Source of the DNA: Thermodesulfobacteriota bacterium
Lineage (GTDB): Bacteria; Desulfobacterota; Desulfarculia; JACQYL01
Direction: 5' to 3'
DNA: 64,000 nt
Assembly (NCBI GenBank): GCA_963675595.2
Contig: CAXXLZ010000002.1
Location: forward strand, 4,320,001 to 4,384,000
In this document: in pieces, positions 26,880 to 37,039 of the stretch
How the letters are laid out: every line of letters starts with the position of its first letter
How positions within the stretch are numbered: the stretch's first letter is position 1
Position numbers and translations under genes: made by a program
Notes under the pieces: generated by a model
What the model saw: only the letters and a program-made list of their open reading frames with translations
The model's database searches: none
What the model was told of the DNA's origin: nothing

Positions 26880-28323
26880 AGGTCTCTGCAACTGCCCAAG
26901 GGCTCCTTCGTTGTGTTCGATCGCGGTTTCACCGACTATGACTGGTATGCCTCCCTCATGAAGAACGGTGTGTTCTTCGTGACCAGACTCAAGAGCAACG
27001 CCAAAATCCGGGTCGGCCGTAAGCGCAGTGGTCGCAAAGCCGAGGGGATCAAAAGCGATCGCGAGATTTACCTCGGCGGCCTGACCGAACCACTTCGTCT
27101 GGTGGAATATAGCGATCGGAAGACCGGCATGGAATATCGGTTGCTCACCAACGCCTTCCATCTCAAGGCCAAAACCTTGGCCGACCTGTACAAGGAACGG
27201 TGGCAAATCGAACTCTTCTTCAAATGGATCAAGCAGAATCTCAAAGTGAAGACCTTCTTGGGAACTTCTCTTAATGCCGTCCTGACTCAGTTGTGGGTCG
27301 CGATGATCGTTTATCTCCTCCTTGCCTTTCTCAAATTCAAAGCCAAACTGACCCAAACCCTCGGGGCCATCCTCCGGCTCCTACAGCTGAATCTCTTCTC
27401 ATTACGGGATATTATGTCTCTCTTCGAACCTACAAACTCTCAACCCATTGATAATAAACAACTATCTCTCTGGTAATCTTTATGGGACAGCAATGTGTCT
27501 AACCTAAGGTTAGTGTTGAATATGGCATGGATATGGTTATGGCAAGTATGAGTAAAAGAGTATAAATACGGTATTGAAAACTTATTTGATGAAGAGTGGA
27601 ATGGGCGAAGAAATATTTAGAAGTAAATTGGCTATATTAAGTTAACGAACCAAATGAAGTAAATAAAATTTGGACAATTTAGTAAATTAGAGGTAAATAG
27701 TAAGATGTATTAATGATAAGTAGATTATGTTATTATTAGTATTTAGAAAAGAATAAAAAACATTATATCATGATAATAAAGATAATGCAATTTCGGGGCG
27801 CTTGGAATTTGCGGTAATTTTTGAAAAGGCTTAATTGTGGATCTGATAGTTTATATGGAAATTGGCTGCGGATCTATGGTTTGATGGAATTGGATAGTCT
27901 TCAATTCCAATGTGGTTTGAGGTAAATCGCTTGGTAAATGCGTTAGGCGTTGCCATGGAGCTCCGTTCCGATAGATGCGTGTTATCTGTGAATTGTATAT
28001 GGGTTGTTTTCAAAATGGCGAAGTCGAGGCGGTCTTGGTCGAAAGGATGTCGATTACTCACCTTTTGATCTGTTTCTACGAGTCGATCTTCAGATGCAGG
28101 GCCAGGAAGTTGCAGAAGGCTTGACTTTGGACGCGTCGGAGCCTTTGGTGGAGCCGAGGCCTGAGTTCCAGGGCCGATTTTGGTCCCGGAAGGTTCTTTC
28201 CGCTTGCCACAGGCGTTTGTTGGTGACAACAGCCGACTTTGTCGGCGGGAGAGTCGGTACCGGTGAGGAGAACATATTTGCCGTGGAATCGAGTGGAAGC
28301 GTTCCGCTGATCCGGTCGACCTT

Positions 28324-28550
28324 GTGAAGACAGTTCGGCTGGCCACCGCTGTGGACCGTGGTTCGGTAGCGGCCGCAGCATCTAAGGACGTTCCTATCAT
28401 TGGCTGGTTCGACGGAGACGGCGAGGAAAAGATTCGACTGGACAAAGCAATGCCGTTGCCCCCAGCCCCGAACCCGGCACGGTGGCTTTCCTGGGAATGG
28501 GGATTCTGGGATTGGCGCTGGCGGGACGGAGAAAACTGCTGAAGAAGTAA
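28324..28550 (+). pseudogene. Frameshifted paralog of the small PEP-CTERM gene at 28963
   Basis: IGWFDGDGEEKIRLDKA matches IGWSDGNGEEGIRLDKA. After the C-rich patch ttgcccccagcccc the PEPGTVAFLGMGILGLALAGRRKLLKK tail lies in another frame. 5' end unclear. Confidence 0.7.
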
Positions 28551-28610
28551 ATTAAGCGTAGCGCTCTTCGAGGCAAGGCGCCTCGAAGCAACGAAAATAC
28601 CGGGAGAATA

Positions 28611-28648
28611 AGGGACGGGTCGGCTGAGCATGCCGGCCCGTCCCTTTT
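28611..28648 (+). terminator. Intrinsic terminator
   Basis: agggacgggtcggc...gccggcccgtccctttt. Confidence 0.65.
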
Positions 28649-28755
28649 CGTTTGGAGACAAAGTTGGTTGCGTCGAACCTGGGAAGGGAACAGGAACTCG
28701 TTGTTCGAGCCGCCTGGTGTTGATCGGTCGGTAATCGAGGCATCAGAACACCAAG

Positions 28756-28839
28756 TGTCGCCATTCTTTACAGTGGGTTGCATGGAGATGCTTAATGGTC
28801 TAATATATTTAGAGAATCAGGTCGGGCATGATCATTGCA
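28756..28839 (+). promoter_or_regulatory. Enhancer box (28756-28772) plus sigma54 promoter (28824-28839)
   Basis: TGTCGCCATTCTTTACA (TGT-N11-ACA), then GGGCATGATCATTGCA (GG-N10-GC) about 52 bp downstream. Confidence 0.75.
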
Positions 28840-28962
28840 TTACTTGATGACATGATGAGATGAACCGCTTGGTGGATGGAGTCGGTACCTTGGAACCCTG
28901 AATGAGGCTGAAGGACGCTTGAACCGGGTGACGGACAAAGAATAGGGAAGAGGAGGACGGAA

Positions 28963-29346
28963 ATGAAAGCTTTACGGTTTGCAGGTCTGATGATGATGCT
29001 CTGTTTGGTGGCGGGCGCTCCCGCCTACGTAGGGGCCGCCTATATTCCCGCCGACGGAGGTAGCGGCGCGGCGGATCCGGGCCCGGGGCTTCAAGGGTTC
29101 ATGCCCGACGGCGATGATTACGCGGGCAAGAGCCTGCTTGCCGGTGGTGCGGCCCAAACTCCGGAAGCGCCCGCAAGTTTGGGGGAGGTCCCGAGCATCG
29201 GCTGGTCCGACGGAAACGGCGAGGAAGGCATTCGACTCGACAAAGCAACGCCTGTGACCACACCCGAACCCGGCACCGTGGCCCTTCTGGGCATGGGAAT
29301 TCTGGGATTGGCGCTGGTCGGGCGAAAGAAACTGTTGAAAAAGTAG
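28963..29346 (+). CDS. Small PEP-CTERM protein
   Basis: gaggag RBS, signal peptide, TPEPGTVALLGMGILGLALVGRKKLLKK. Confidence 0.88.
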   Translation: MKALRFAGLMMMLCLVAGAPAYVGAAYIPADGGSGAADPGPGLQGFMPDGDDYAGKSLLAGGAAQTPEAPASLGEVPSIGWSDGNGEEGIRLDKATPVTTPEPGTVALLGMGILGLALVGRKKLLKK

Positions 29347-30077
29347 GGTCGGTTCCGGTCGCCGGTACTTGCCTGCCGGGTACCGGATGAACGCCACATA
29401 AGAAGCGAGCGGGCGGTTACGTCCGTTCGCTTCCGCGTCTGCGGCCGTGGAAAGACCCGGCATTGGATCTCAAGGCCGCTTCATCGAGGGCACAATCGGG
29501 TGTCGAATTTTTTGTCATCCGCTGGGACTGCTTAGGGGTGGGTATGAATCGTTTCAATCGCCGAAGAACAGGACGTTTTTAAGCCGGCAGCGCCCACGAG
29601 CCGAAACGTGGAGTCTCCGAGAACGCCTTTTGGGGTGTCGGAAAGACTTACGGACCGGGGTTCGAAATAACGGGTCTCCGGGACCGCGTGTCGATGGGGA
29701 ATGTCGACTGTTTTTACAGACGGAAACCGATTGCTCTATTTTATTTCTTCATACGGGTACAGATTTTATTGATTCGATTATAATACAGGCCTTTCCCGTC
29801 TCATACTCGATAACCGAATGCGCCCAATGTATCCACGAAAACTAGAGCCGGGGTTGAGCATTTCCAGCCCGAGTGGACTCTCCGAGCCTTTGGAGCGTTG
29901 CATGGAGCGGAGGAGCCTCGGTTGAATGCTCTTGGCCCGGCGGTCTTTCATCACGTTCTTGCCTTTTCGGAAAATGCCGGTCAACGCCCAATTTCTTCGC
30001 TTTTCGATTTTCAGACCCTTTCCCGTTTCTCCGCGGGTTTCCCTTGACACCTCCCGGTTAAATTGATACTCAGCAGT

Positions 30078-30235
30078 TACGTAGGTGCTGGAAGCTTAAA
30101 AGGGAACCCCGTGAAAACCGGGGACGGACCCGCCGCTGTGACCGGGGACGAAGCCCGCTGAACGCCACTTTCGGTCTGAGACCGTTGGGAAGGCGCGGGT
30201 GGTAGAATGATCCGGAAGTCAGAAGACCTGCCTAC
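30078..30235 (+). ncRNA. Cobalamin (B12) riboswitch
   Basis: AGGTGC...AAAAGGGAAcccCGTGAAAAcCG...CCcGCcgCTGTG...GCCACT...GGGAAGGC...AAGTCAGAAGACCTGCC (B12 box). Confidence 0.93.
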
Positions 30236-30299
30236 CGACCGGTTGCGCAAATCGTGGTAAGAACGCACCGGCCACATACGGGATGAAGAAGACGGGTGC

Positions 30300-30339
30300 A
30301 ATCCCCTAAGTCGTTGTTTTGGACTTAGGGGTTTTTTTG
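30300..30339 (+). terminator. Riboswitch expression-platform terminator
   Basis: cccctaagtc...gacttagggg followed by a T7 run. Confidence 0.8.
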
Positions 30340-30367
30340 TGCCGTGCCATGTTCCAAACTCCTTAGC

Positions 30368-30405
30368 TCGGGACGCCGAAATTGCCAATCGGCGTCCCAC
30401 TTTTT
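30368..30405 (+). terminator. Second terminator-like hairpin
   Basis: gggacgccga...tcggcgtccc followed by acttttt. Confidence 0.6.
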
Positions 30406-30469
30406 ACGGCACGGCGCGTATAAAACGCTGAGGACCCGCCAAGGCTCCTCGAACAGGCATACGGACCGA

Positions 30470-30570
30470 GATATCCAGGGAGCGCAAATCCCGGGGAACG
30501 AAACGCACATATGGAAGTACGTCGCAGTGATGCGGGATGAACGCAACAACGCGGATCGCGTCTTTCATTG
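30470..30570. repeat. Degenerate dispersed repeat (MITE-like), copy C
   Basis: gtacgtcgcagtga...tgaacgcaacaacgcggatcgcgt resembles copies A and B. Confidence 0.45.
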
Positions 30571-30606
30571 GTCCGGTAAGAGGTCGTTGCCATGGAGAAG
30601 AGATTG

Positions 30607-30933
30607 ATGCGTGATTGTTCTCCGGTTGAAGTGCTGAGTATACGAGGGCGGGAGATCGTTTATTTTTCCTTGTTGTACCTGGATGCGGCCGAGAGGCCGA
30701 GAGTGGCCACGCTCATGCGCTTTCCCACCGGCTCGTCCTACCTTGCTTACAGGGAGTGCGGTTCTTTGAGAGAGCTGCGCTCGCTGACTCGGTGTGTTGC
30801 GGATGAAATCGCGCGGTTTTACGAGAGCCCCATTCGTGTGGAGCCTTCGAGTGAGCCCTGGGTGCATGCTTTGGGGGCTTGGTTGGAGGCGAGACGCGTG
30901 GAAAAGGAGGCCGGCGGCCTGTTGCTTCATTGA
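30607..30933 (+). CDS. Hypothetical protein
   Basis: ORF with ggag upstream and globular-looking composition; no recognisable motif. Confidence 0.45.
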   Translation: MRDCSPVEVLSIRGREIVYFSLLYLDAAERPRVATLMRFPTGSSYLAYRECGSLRELRSLTRCVADEIARFYESPIRVEPSSEPWVHALGAWLEARRVEKEAGGLLLH

Positions 30934-31720
30934 GGAAACCGCTGATTCGAGCCGGACGTAGAGTTTCCGTAGCGCTTCCCCCGGATGTCGGCAGGTGCGG
31001 TTTATAGAGATTGTGATCCGGACCGTAAGCATTCACGGGGGAAACTTTCGAGAAAGTTTCCCTCTGTCCCCTTGTATAGCGTTTCAAGAGTGCCTCACCG
31101 CCTTCGGCGGAGAGGCTGCGGAAGAAAAGGGGTTGCTCGCTGATTTCCAGTGTCCTTTGATTAGCTGAATCGGCAAGAGCGAGCGGCATGTTCCGTCCAA
31201 CCTATTAAAACACCTGAAGGTTTTCAAAAAGGGTTCCCTCGGATCCCCTCTGAAGGCTCACACTTGGACCGAATTGTGCGACCGTTGATCTTCTTCGTCG
31301 GGGGCACCGGACCGGGCGGGCACATTTATAATATACTCAAAGTTCCATAATGGTCGGTTGCATCCGCAACTCTCCGTTTATTCTAAGCCTCAAACATGCA
31401 TCCGGGTTTTGTTCCCGCGATATGGAGGAACCCATGTCGCATAGGTGAACGACCATTCGTTTGCAGCCTTCCTCCTTGTGTGTCGAGGACCCTTGCCCAT
31501 TCTCTCCACATCGCGGCGAACCGCATAACAGCGTGAATTCTCTTGACAGGTTCAGTAGGGGATCGATAGACTTTTGACATTATTATGCGCGCGTTTGCGG
31601 GCTGGTACGCGCGACATAAGTATTTGAGGGTTTGGGGGATTTGATACTCCGAAGGATTCCCTCAAGCGGCCGACAAGCGGAACCATAATCTGCAACCTGA
31701 CGGGAAGAAGGAGAGACAAC

Positions 31721-33202
31721 ATGAAGAGTTTTGCAAAGCTGTTTTGTGTAGTCGCTTTGGCGGTGCTTCTGGGATTCACTTCCACTGCCTCGGCGCAAAT
31801 GGTCGCATGGGAATTGGATCATGAAAGTCTGGGCGTGAGCAAGGCCGTGGTTTCCGTGGTACCTGAATACCTTGGAGCCGGAGTCTACGAACTGGCCGGA
31901 TTCCTTTCCTACCGGACCATTGTTCCCGGGGCCGTGGAACAGACTCTTCCCGTGGACGGCGTAGGCGTCGTATTCAGCGGCGAGGTGCAGATTGCGCTGA
32001 GCGGTGCCGACCTCGCATCGGTATCCGACACCATCCTCGGTTCCGATATCAGCATTAGTTTGAATCCGGCGACGCTCAACGGCACGTACATTGTCGCCAT
32101 TACCGAAACCACGGAGACGACCTCCAACCTTTCGGAATTTTTCTCCGGCAACGCCACGTTCGTGGGAACGCCCAACAGAAATTATATGTTCAGCGGTGAT
32201 TACCTGGCGATCACCTATCACAGCAACACGGATGAAGGCGCCGCGGAAGCGGCGGCATATGAGCTCGCGGCCTACGGCGACGGCACGGGTTTGATTACCG
32301 TGGAGGCCGGTTGGCTGCCTTCCGTGGATATTCCCTTTACATATACCGTATATCAGGACGGCCGAATCGTACAAGAATCCACTTTGCCCGACGAAACCGA
32401 CTCCGGCGGAAAGGGGATCATGAGTTGGGATGGTAGCGTGAGCGTGGGTACGGACGATGACGACACCGACAATGTGTTCGGCCTTGAGTTCACTCTGAAG
32501 AAGTCTTCCGGCAAGACCGATGCGAGCCTTGACGGAGAATACGTGAGCGTGGGCTTCTACAGCGGCACCGACGGCTCGAACCCGGCTGCGGCCCGCACGC
32601 TGGCCACCTTCAACGGTGACGGCACGGGGACCGTGGGATTGCTCTCCCATTCCGAAACCGAGCTTCCCGAAATTTCTTTCACCTACTTGGTGGCCGACGA
32701 CGGTACCTTGACCCATGAATATACCTATCCCGACGAAACCGTTTCGTCCGGCGAGGGTATTGTGAGCGTGGACGACAGCGTAGTCGCCATTGTGGACAAC
32801 GACACCGCCGACGGTATCGTGGGTTTCGAGATCGGCATTAAGAAGTCGTCGGGCATGTCCAATGCGGACCTTCAAGGCACTTTCGTGAGCATCGGTTATT
32901 ACGCCGTCGCGGACGGATCGTATGCCGGCACGCAGGATGTTACCCTGGTGTTCAACGGGGACGGAACGGGCACGGTCTATTTTCCGGCCAACGGACTGCT
33001 TGAGGGCGTTTCGGATTCCCTGCCTTTCACGTACACCGTGGCTGAAGACGGCACTTTCAGCCATGCCTACACGCTGCCCGATGAGACGGTGGCCGGAGGC
33101 GCCGGTATCGTCAGCCCCGATGGTACGATCATCGCCTCTGTGGACGATGATCCTTCGGACAGCCTCATCGGAATCGAACTGGGCGTCAAGCTCTTCAGAT
33201 AA
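31721..33202 (+). CDS. Secreted, highly acidic protein with three ~110-aa internal repeats
   Basis: aggag RBS; signal peptide (ASA); repeats GDGTG...FTY.V..DG....T.PDET...G.GI.S.D...D.D..D...G.E...K. Confidence 0.85.
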   Translation: MKSFAKLFCVVALAVLLGFTSTASAQMVAWELDHESLGVSKAVVSVVPEYLGAGVYELAGFLSYRTIVPGAVEQTLPVDGVGVVFSGEVQIALSGADLASVSDTILGSDISISLNPATLNGTYIVAITETTETTSNLSEFFSGNATFVGTPNRNYMFSGDYLAITYHSNTDEGAAEAAAYELAAYGDGTGLITVEAGWLPSVDIPFTYTVYQDGRIVQESTLPDETDSGGKGIMSWDGSVSVGTDDDDTDNVFGLEFTLKKSSGKTDASLDGEYVSVGFYSGTDGSNPAAARTLATFNGDGTGTVGLLSHSETELPEISFTYLVADDGTLTHEYTYPDETVSSGEGIVSVDDSVVAIVDNDTADGIVGFEIGIKKSSGMSNADLQGTFVSIGYYAVADGSYAGTQDVTLVFNGDGTGTVYFPANGLLEGVSDSLPFTYTVAEDGTFSHAYTLPDETVAGGAGIVSPDGTIIASVDDDPSDSLIGIELGVKLFR

Positions 33203-33209
33203 GACCTCT

Positions 33210-33244
33210 CGGACGGGGGCGGTGCCCCCGTCCTTTGTTTTTTC
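33210..33244 (+). terminator. Intrinsic terminator
   Basis: ggacgggggc-ggt-gcccccgtcc followed by a T-rich tail. Confidence 0.75.
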
Positions 33245-33455
33245 CTGATATTCCTGAAGGGCGCGGTACACCACGCGTGGCTCGGCGACGGATGACGCTT
33301 GGAACCATGCATATTGTCGATGCTTCGTTCCTCCGCCTTCCATAAGGATGGAGCGCCCGGTGGGAGCGTCCCTCCCCGAGAGTTTCGCGGGCCGGCACGA
33401 TGTCGGCCCTTCCGTACGTCTTCAAAGGTGTGGATACACAGGCAAGGGGTTAAGT

Positions 33456-34226
33456 ATGAGGCGTTGGATTCTGGCGTGCGCAGTGATTCTGTGCTTTTCG
33501 ACTCCCTGGGTCGCTTCAGCGGAACCTTCCCAAGAAACGGACGCCCGAAAGATCATTTTGGATGCCTGGAACTACTATCGGGGAAAATCATCCATTGTGG
33601 TTACGGATATGACCATCCATCGTACCTCGTGGGAACGGTCCATGACCATCAAGGCATGGTCTCGTGGCTTGGACGACAGTGTTTTCCTGATTACGGAGCC
33701 GGCCAAGGACAAAGGGAACGGCACGCTCAAAAAGGGCTCCGAAATGTGGACCTACAATCCCAAGATCAACCGGGTGATCAAGCTGCCCCCGTCTCTTATG
33801 TCCCAGTCTTGGATGGGGTCGGACTTTTCGAATAACGATCTTGCCAAGGCCGACAGCATCCTGAACGATTACACACACCAGATCACGGGGAAAGAAACGC
33901 ATGACGGTCTGGAAGTCTACGTCGTCAAGGCCGTGGCCAAACCTCAGGCACCGGTGGTCTGGGGATCCCAAATACTAAAGGTGCGGAGCGACAAGATTTT
34001 GCTCTACGAAGGCTTTTTTGATGAGGACGGGGTTCTGGTAAAGGAAATGGCCGCCGACAAAATCGAGATGCTGGGCGGCAGACTGTTTCCCACGGTCTGG
34101 ACCATGCGCAAGTCGGAATCTTCCGGCGAATACACCAGCCTTCACTATAAGGAGGCGAAATTCGATACGGAGGTTCCGGACCGATATTTCTCCGTATCCT
34201 TCTTGAGAAGTTTCCAGGACGAATGA
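33456..34226 (+). CDS. Outer membrane lipoprotein-sorting protein (LolA-like)
   Basis: Signal peptide; PAKDKGNGTLK...MWTYNP and SWMGSDFSNNDL motifs; first gene of the ABC operon. Confidence 0.85.
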   Translation: MRRWILACAVILCFSTPWVASAEPSQETDARKIILDAWNYYRGKSSIVVTDMTIHRTSWERSMTIKAWSRGLDDSVFLITEPAKDKGNGTLKKGSEMWTYNPKINRVIKLPPSLMSQSWMGSDFSNNDLAKADSILNDYTHQITGKETHDGLEVYVVKAVAKPQAPVVWGSQILKVRSDKILLYEGFFDEDGVLVKEMAADKIEMLGGRLFPTVWTMRKSESSGEYTSLHYKEAKFDTEVPDRYFSVSFLRSFQDE

Positions 34227-34292
34227 GGGTGGTGGGATAACACCCGGTCGATTGATTTCCCTTCCTTTTCGCGGACGACGGAACGACCTCCT

Positions 34293-35531
34293 ATGCTTCC
34301 CGATCTGAAAATCGCCTGGAGGAATGTATGGCGCAATCCCAGGCGATCCATCCTTACGGCTTCGGCCGTGATTTTTTCGTGTGTTCTCCTGATCTTCATG
34401 GTTTCGTTGCAGATGGGGTCCTACTCCTCGATGATCGACAGTGCGGTGAAGATTCAGACGGGGCACCTTCAGGTTCAAGCCAAAGGGTACCAAAAGGACG
34501 GAAGAATCCGACAGGTGATTCCTCACCCGGAAAGGGTCTCCGAACTGCTCTCGAAAGACCCTCTGGTGGACGCTTTCACGTTCAGATCCCGTGCCTTTGC
34601 CCTGGTTTCTTCCAAGGATCGCACTTACGGGGCCATGGTTGTGGGTGTGGATCCCAAAGGAGAAGAGCGGGTGAGCACCATTCCCTCCGTGGTCCGAAAA
34701 GGAAGCTACTTCACGACGGAAGATGAGGCCCATGTCGTATTGGGCGAAATCCTGGCTGATAACCTATCCGTAGGTCTCGGAGATGAATTGGTGATCCTTG
34801 GACAGGGCTATGATGGTTCCGTGGCCGCCAACGTGCTGAACGTGACAGGGATTTTCAGCTCCGGCCAAACGGATTTCGATCGGAACGTGATCGAGATTCC
34901 CTTATCGGTATTTCAGAACACTTTTTCCATGGGTGATGCGCTCCATGAGATCGTAATTACCAGTGTGGATCTAGAGCAGGTGGACGTTCTGGCTTCCCGA
35001 CTCAACCGAGAGTTGGAAGGCCTCCCGGACGGCAAAGACTTGATCGCCCTCACCTGGGAAGAGTTGATGCCGGGGTTGGAACAGATGATCCGCATCGATA
35101 TGTTCAGTGCCTATATCTTCTACGGAATACTCATCGTAGTAGTGGCTTTCAGCATCATGAACACATTCATCACGGCCATCATGGAGCGAACACGGGAGTT
35201 GGGCGTGCTTTTGGCGGTGGGAGTCCGTCGAAGTCGTTTGATCCGGATGGTGCTCATGGAATCGGTCTTCCTGACCATGCTGGGCGTCACTGCCGGCGTT
35301 GTTTTGGGCTTGGCTTTGACTTCGTATTTCGAGATCCACGGGATCAACATGGGTGTTTCCAGTGAAGTCCTGGGAGAATATGGGCTGCCTTCGGTGATCA
35401 AACCAAAGATTACCTTGGGATCGGCGATTTCCGGTCCTCTGATCGTTTTCGTGGTAACACTGTGCACTGCGGTGTTTCCTGCGCTTCGCATACTCAAACT
35501 GCGCATCGTGAAGGCCCTTACGGCGGTATAG
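34293..35531 (+). CDS. ABC transporter permease (LolC/E, MacB/FtsX-like)
   Basis: AWRNVWRNPRRSILT; IMERTRELGVLLAVG. Confidence 0.9.
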   Translation: MLPDLKIAWRNVWRNPRRSILTASAVIFSCVLLIFMVSLQMGSYSSMIDSAVKIQTGHLQVQAKGYQKDGRIRQVIPHPERVSELLSKDPLVDAFTFRSRAFALVSSKDRTYGAMVVGVDPKGEERVSTIPSVVRKGSYFTTEDEAHVVLGEILADNLSVGLGDELVILGQGYDGSVAANVLNVTGIFSSGQTDFDRNVIEIPLSVFQNTFSMGDALHEIVITSVDLEQVDVLASRLNRELEGLPDGKDLIALTWEELMPGLEQMIRIDMFSAYIFYGILIVVVAFSIMNTFITAIMERTRELGVLLAVGVRRSRLIRMVLMESVFLTMLGVTAGVVLGLALTSYFEIHGINMGVSSEVLGEYGLPSVIKPKITLGSAISGPLIVFVVTLCTAVFPALRILKLRIVKALTAV

Positions 35532-35636
35532 CATCTAAGGAACGATGCGGCTTGATCACGGCGAGGGCTGAACGAGTTCGTGAGCTTCGCACTATTTGAC
35601 TTTGCCGCACTTCGGTTTCCATGGGGACATGAAAAT

Positions 35637-36854
35637 ATGCTCTGGCAGATTGCCTGGAAGAATCTTTGGCGAGTTCCCCGCAGGACCGTTGTCGTCTTGA
35701 CGGCCGTGGTGGTGGGGGTTTGGGCCATGCTGGCCTTGGGCGCTCTCAATCGAGGAATGATGGACCAGCTTATGGACAGTGCGGTACGGAATCTCACCGG
35801 ACATGTCCAGATTCAAGCCGCCGGATATTTCAATGACCCAGTGGTACGGCATACCATTCAAGATCCGGAAAAGGTGTTCGCTCTATTGAAGAGCTTACCC
35901 GCCAGGGTTCGTTGGGCTCCGAGGATCAAGGTGCCGGGAGCGGTGAGCAATGCGAGGAACTCGGCCGGTATCTCCATCGTGGGGATCGATCCGGAGCGCG
36001 AAAAGGACGTTTCATTTATCGGTTCGGCAGTGACTCAAGGGGTTTATTTGAGCGCGGATACTCCTTACGGGATTCTCATCGGGGAGAAACTGGCCCATAA
36101 GTTCGAAACCGGACTGGGGAAGAAGCTTGTGGTGATGGCACAGGATGCGGAAGGCAAGATTGCGTCCGGTGGATACCGTATCGCGGGCATTTTTTCCGCT
36201 GAAATGAGGGATACCGAAGAGCAAGTGGCCTTCGTGCATCTGGATTCCCTGAAAAAACTTCTCAAAGTGGGGAACGGGATTTCCATGGTTACCCTGCTCG
36301 CGCCGTCCCACGATATGACGGACTCCCTTGTGCGGGATCTCAAACCCAAGCTGCCCAAAGGTACGGCGCTCTTTACTTGGCGTGAACTCCAGCCTCTTAC
36401 CAATGCCATGCTGGACCTATGGAATTCCATGATGTACCTCTGGTATTTGGTGGTATTTGTAGCCATCGGCTTCGGGCTGGTGAACACCATGCTCATGGCG
36501 GTGCTGGACCGCATCAGGGAATTCGGCATGCTCAAAGCCATCGGAATGAAACCCGGGCGGATCGCACTGTTGATCCTTCTCGAGTCATTAGCTCTCATCA
36601 TTCTTGGTGCGGTGGTGGGTAACGCGGTCACCTTCGCTTTCGTCGCTTGGCTCGGCAAAGTCGGGATCAATTTGAGCGCTTTGGCCGAGGGCATGAATGC
36701 CATCGGCATTCCTCATATCATTTATCCCGCCTTGAGTATGAAGGATTTCCTGCCTGCCAACGGTACGGTGCTCATTCTTGGTTTGTTGGTTTGCCTCTAT
36801 CCCGCGATCAAGGGGGCGAGGATATCTCCGGTAGAGGCCATGAGGAGGACCTGA
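35637..36854 (+). CDS. ABC transporter permease (LolC/E, MacB/FtsX-like)
   Basis: AWKNLWRVPRRT; VLDRIREFGMLKAIGM; YPA...ISPVEAMR. Confidence 0.9.
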   Translation: MLWQIAWKNLWRVPRRTVVVLTAVVVGVWAMLALGALNRGMMDQLMDSAVRNLTGHVQIQAAGYFNDPVVRHTIQDPEKVFALLKSLPARVRWAPRIKVPGAVSNARNSAGISIVGIDPEREKDVSFIGSAVTQGVYLSADTPYGILIGEKLAHKFETGLGKKLVVMAQDAEGKIASGGYRIAGIFSAEMRDTEEQVAFVHLDSLKKLLKVGNGISMVTLLAPSHDMTDSLVRDLKPKLPKGTALFTWRELQPLTNAMLDLWNSMMYLWYLVVFVAIGFGLVNTMLMAVLDRIREFGMLKAIGMKPGRIALLILLESLALIILGAVVGNAVTFAFVAWLGKVGINLSALAEGMNAIGIPHIIYPALSMKDFLPANGTVLILGLLVCLYPAIKGARISPVEAMRRT

Positions 36855-37039
36855 GCTGAGAAAGGTCGTCTTTGTTTGGTTTGTGAGATTGAGGTAGGTT
36901 TTTTGGCGTTTTCGGTTTAGATCAAGAATACGGGTCGGGCGAAGGTCGGCGGGCCGGATCGGTCATTGGGGCACGCCGGGGTTTCCCATTTTTTCACCGG
37001 ACATCGTGCCGGTGCGTGATTTCGAAAAAGGGATTGCGA

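Larger units (their letters stand above)
25047..27476 (+). pseudogene. IS4-family DDE transposase split by IS3
   Basis: N-part LLDATMI...KMH; C-part VFDRGF and YKERWQIELFFKWIKQ (YREK). Removing the IS3 and one aggt restores EIQWARSLQLPKG in frame. Confidence 0.9.
24935..27495 (+). mobile_element. IS4-family insertion sequence, inactivated by a nested IS3
   Basis: Terminal IRs cattgctgtccca / tgggacagcaatg. 9-bp target duplication tgtctaacc at 24926-24934 and 27496-27504. Confidence 0.92.
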
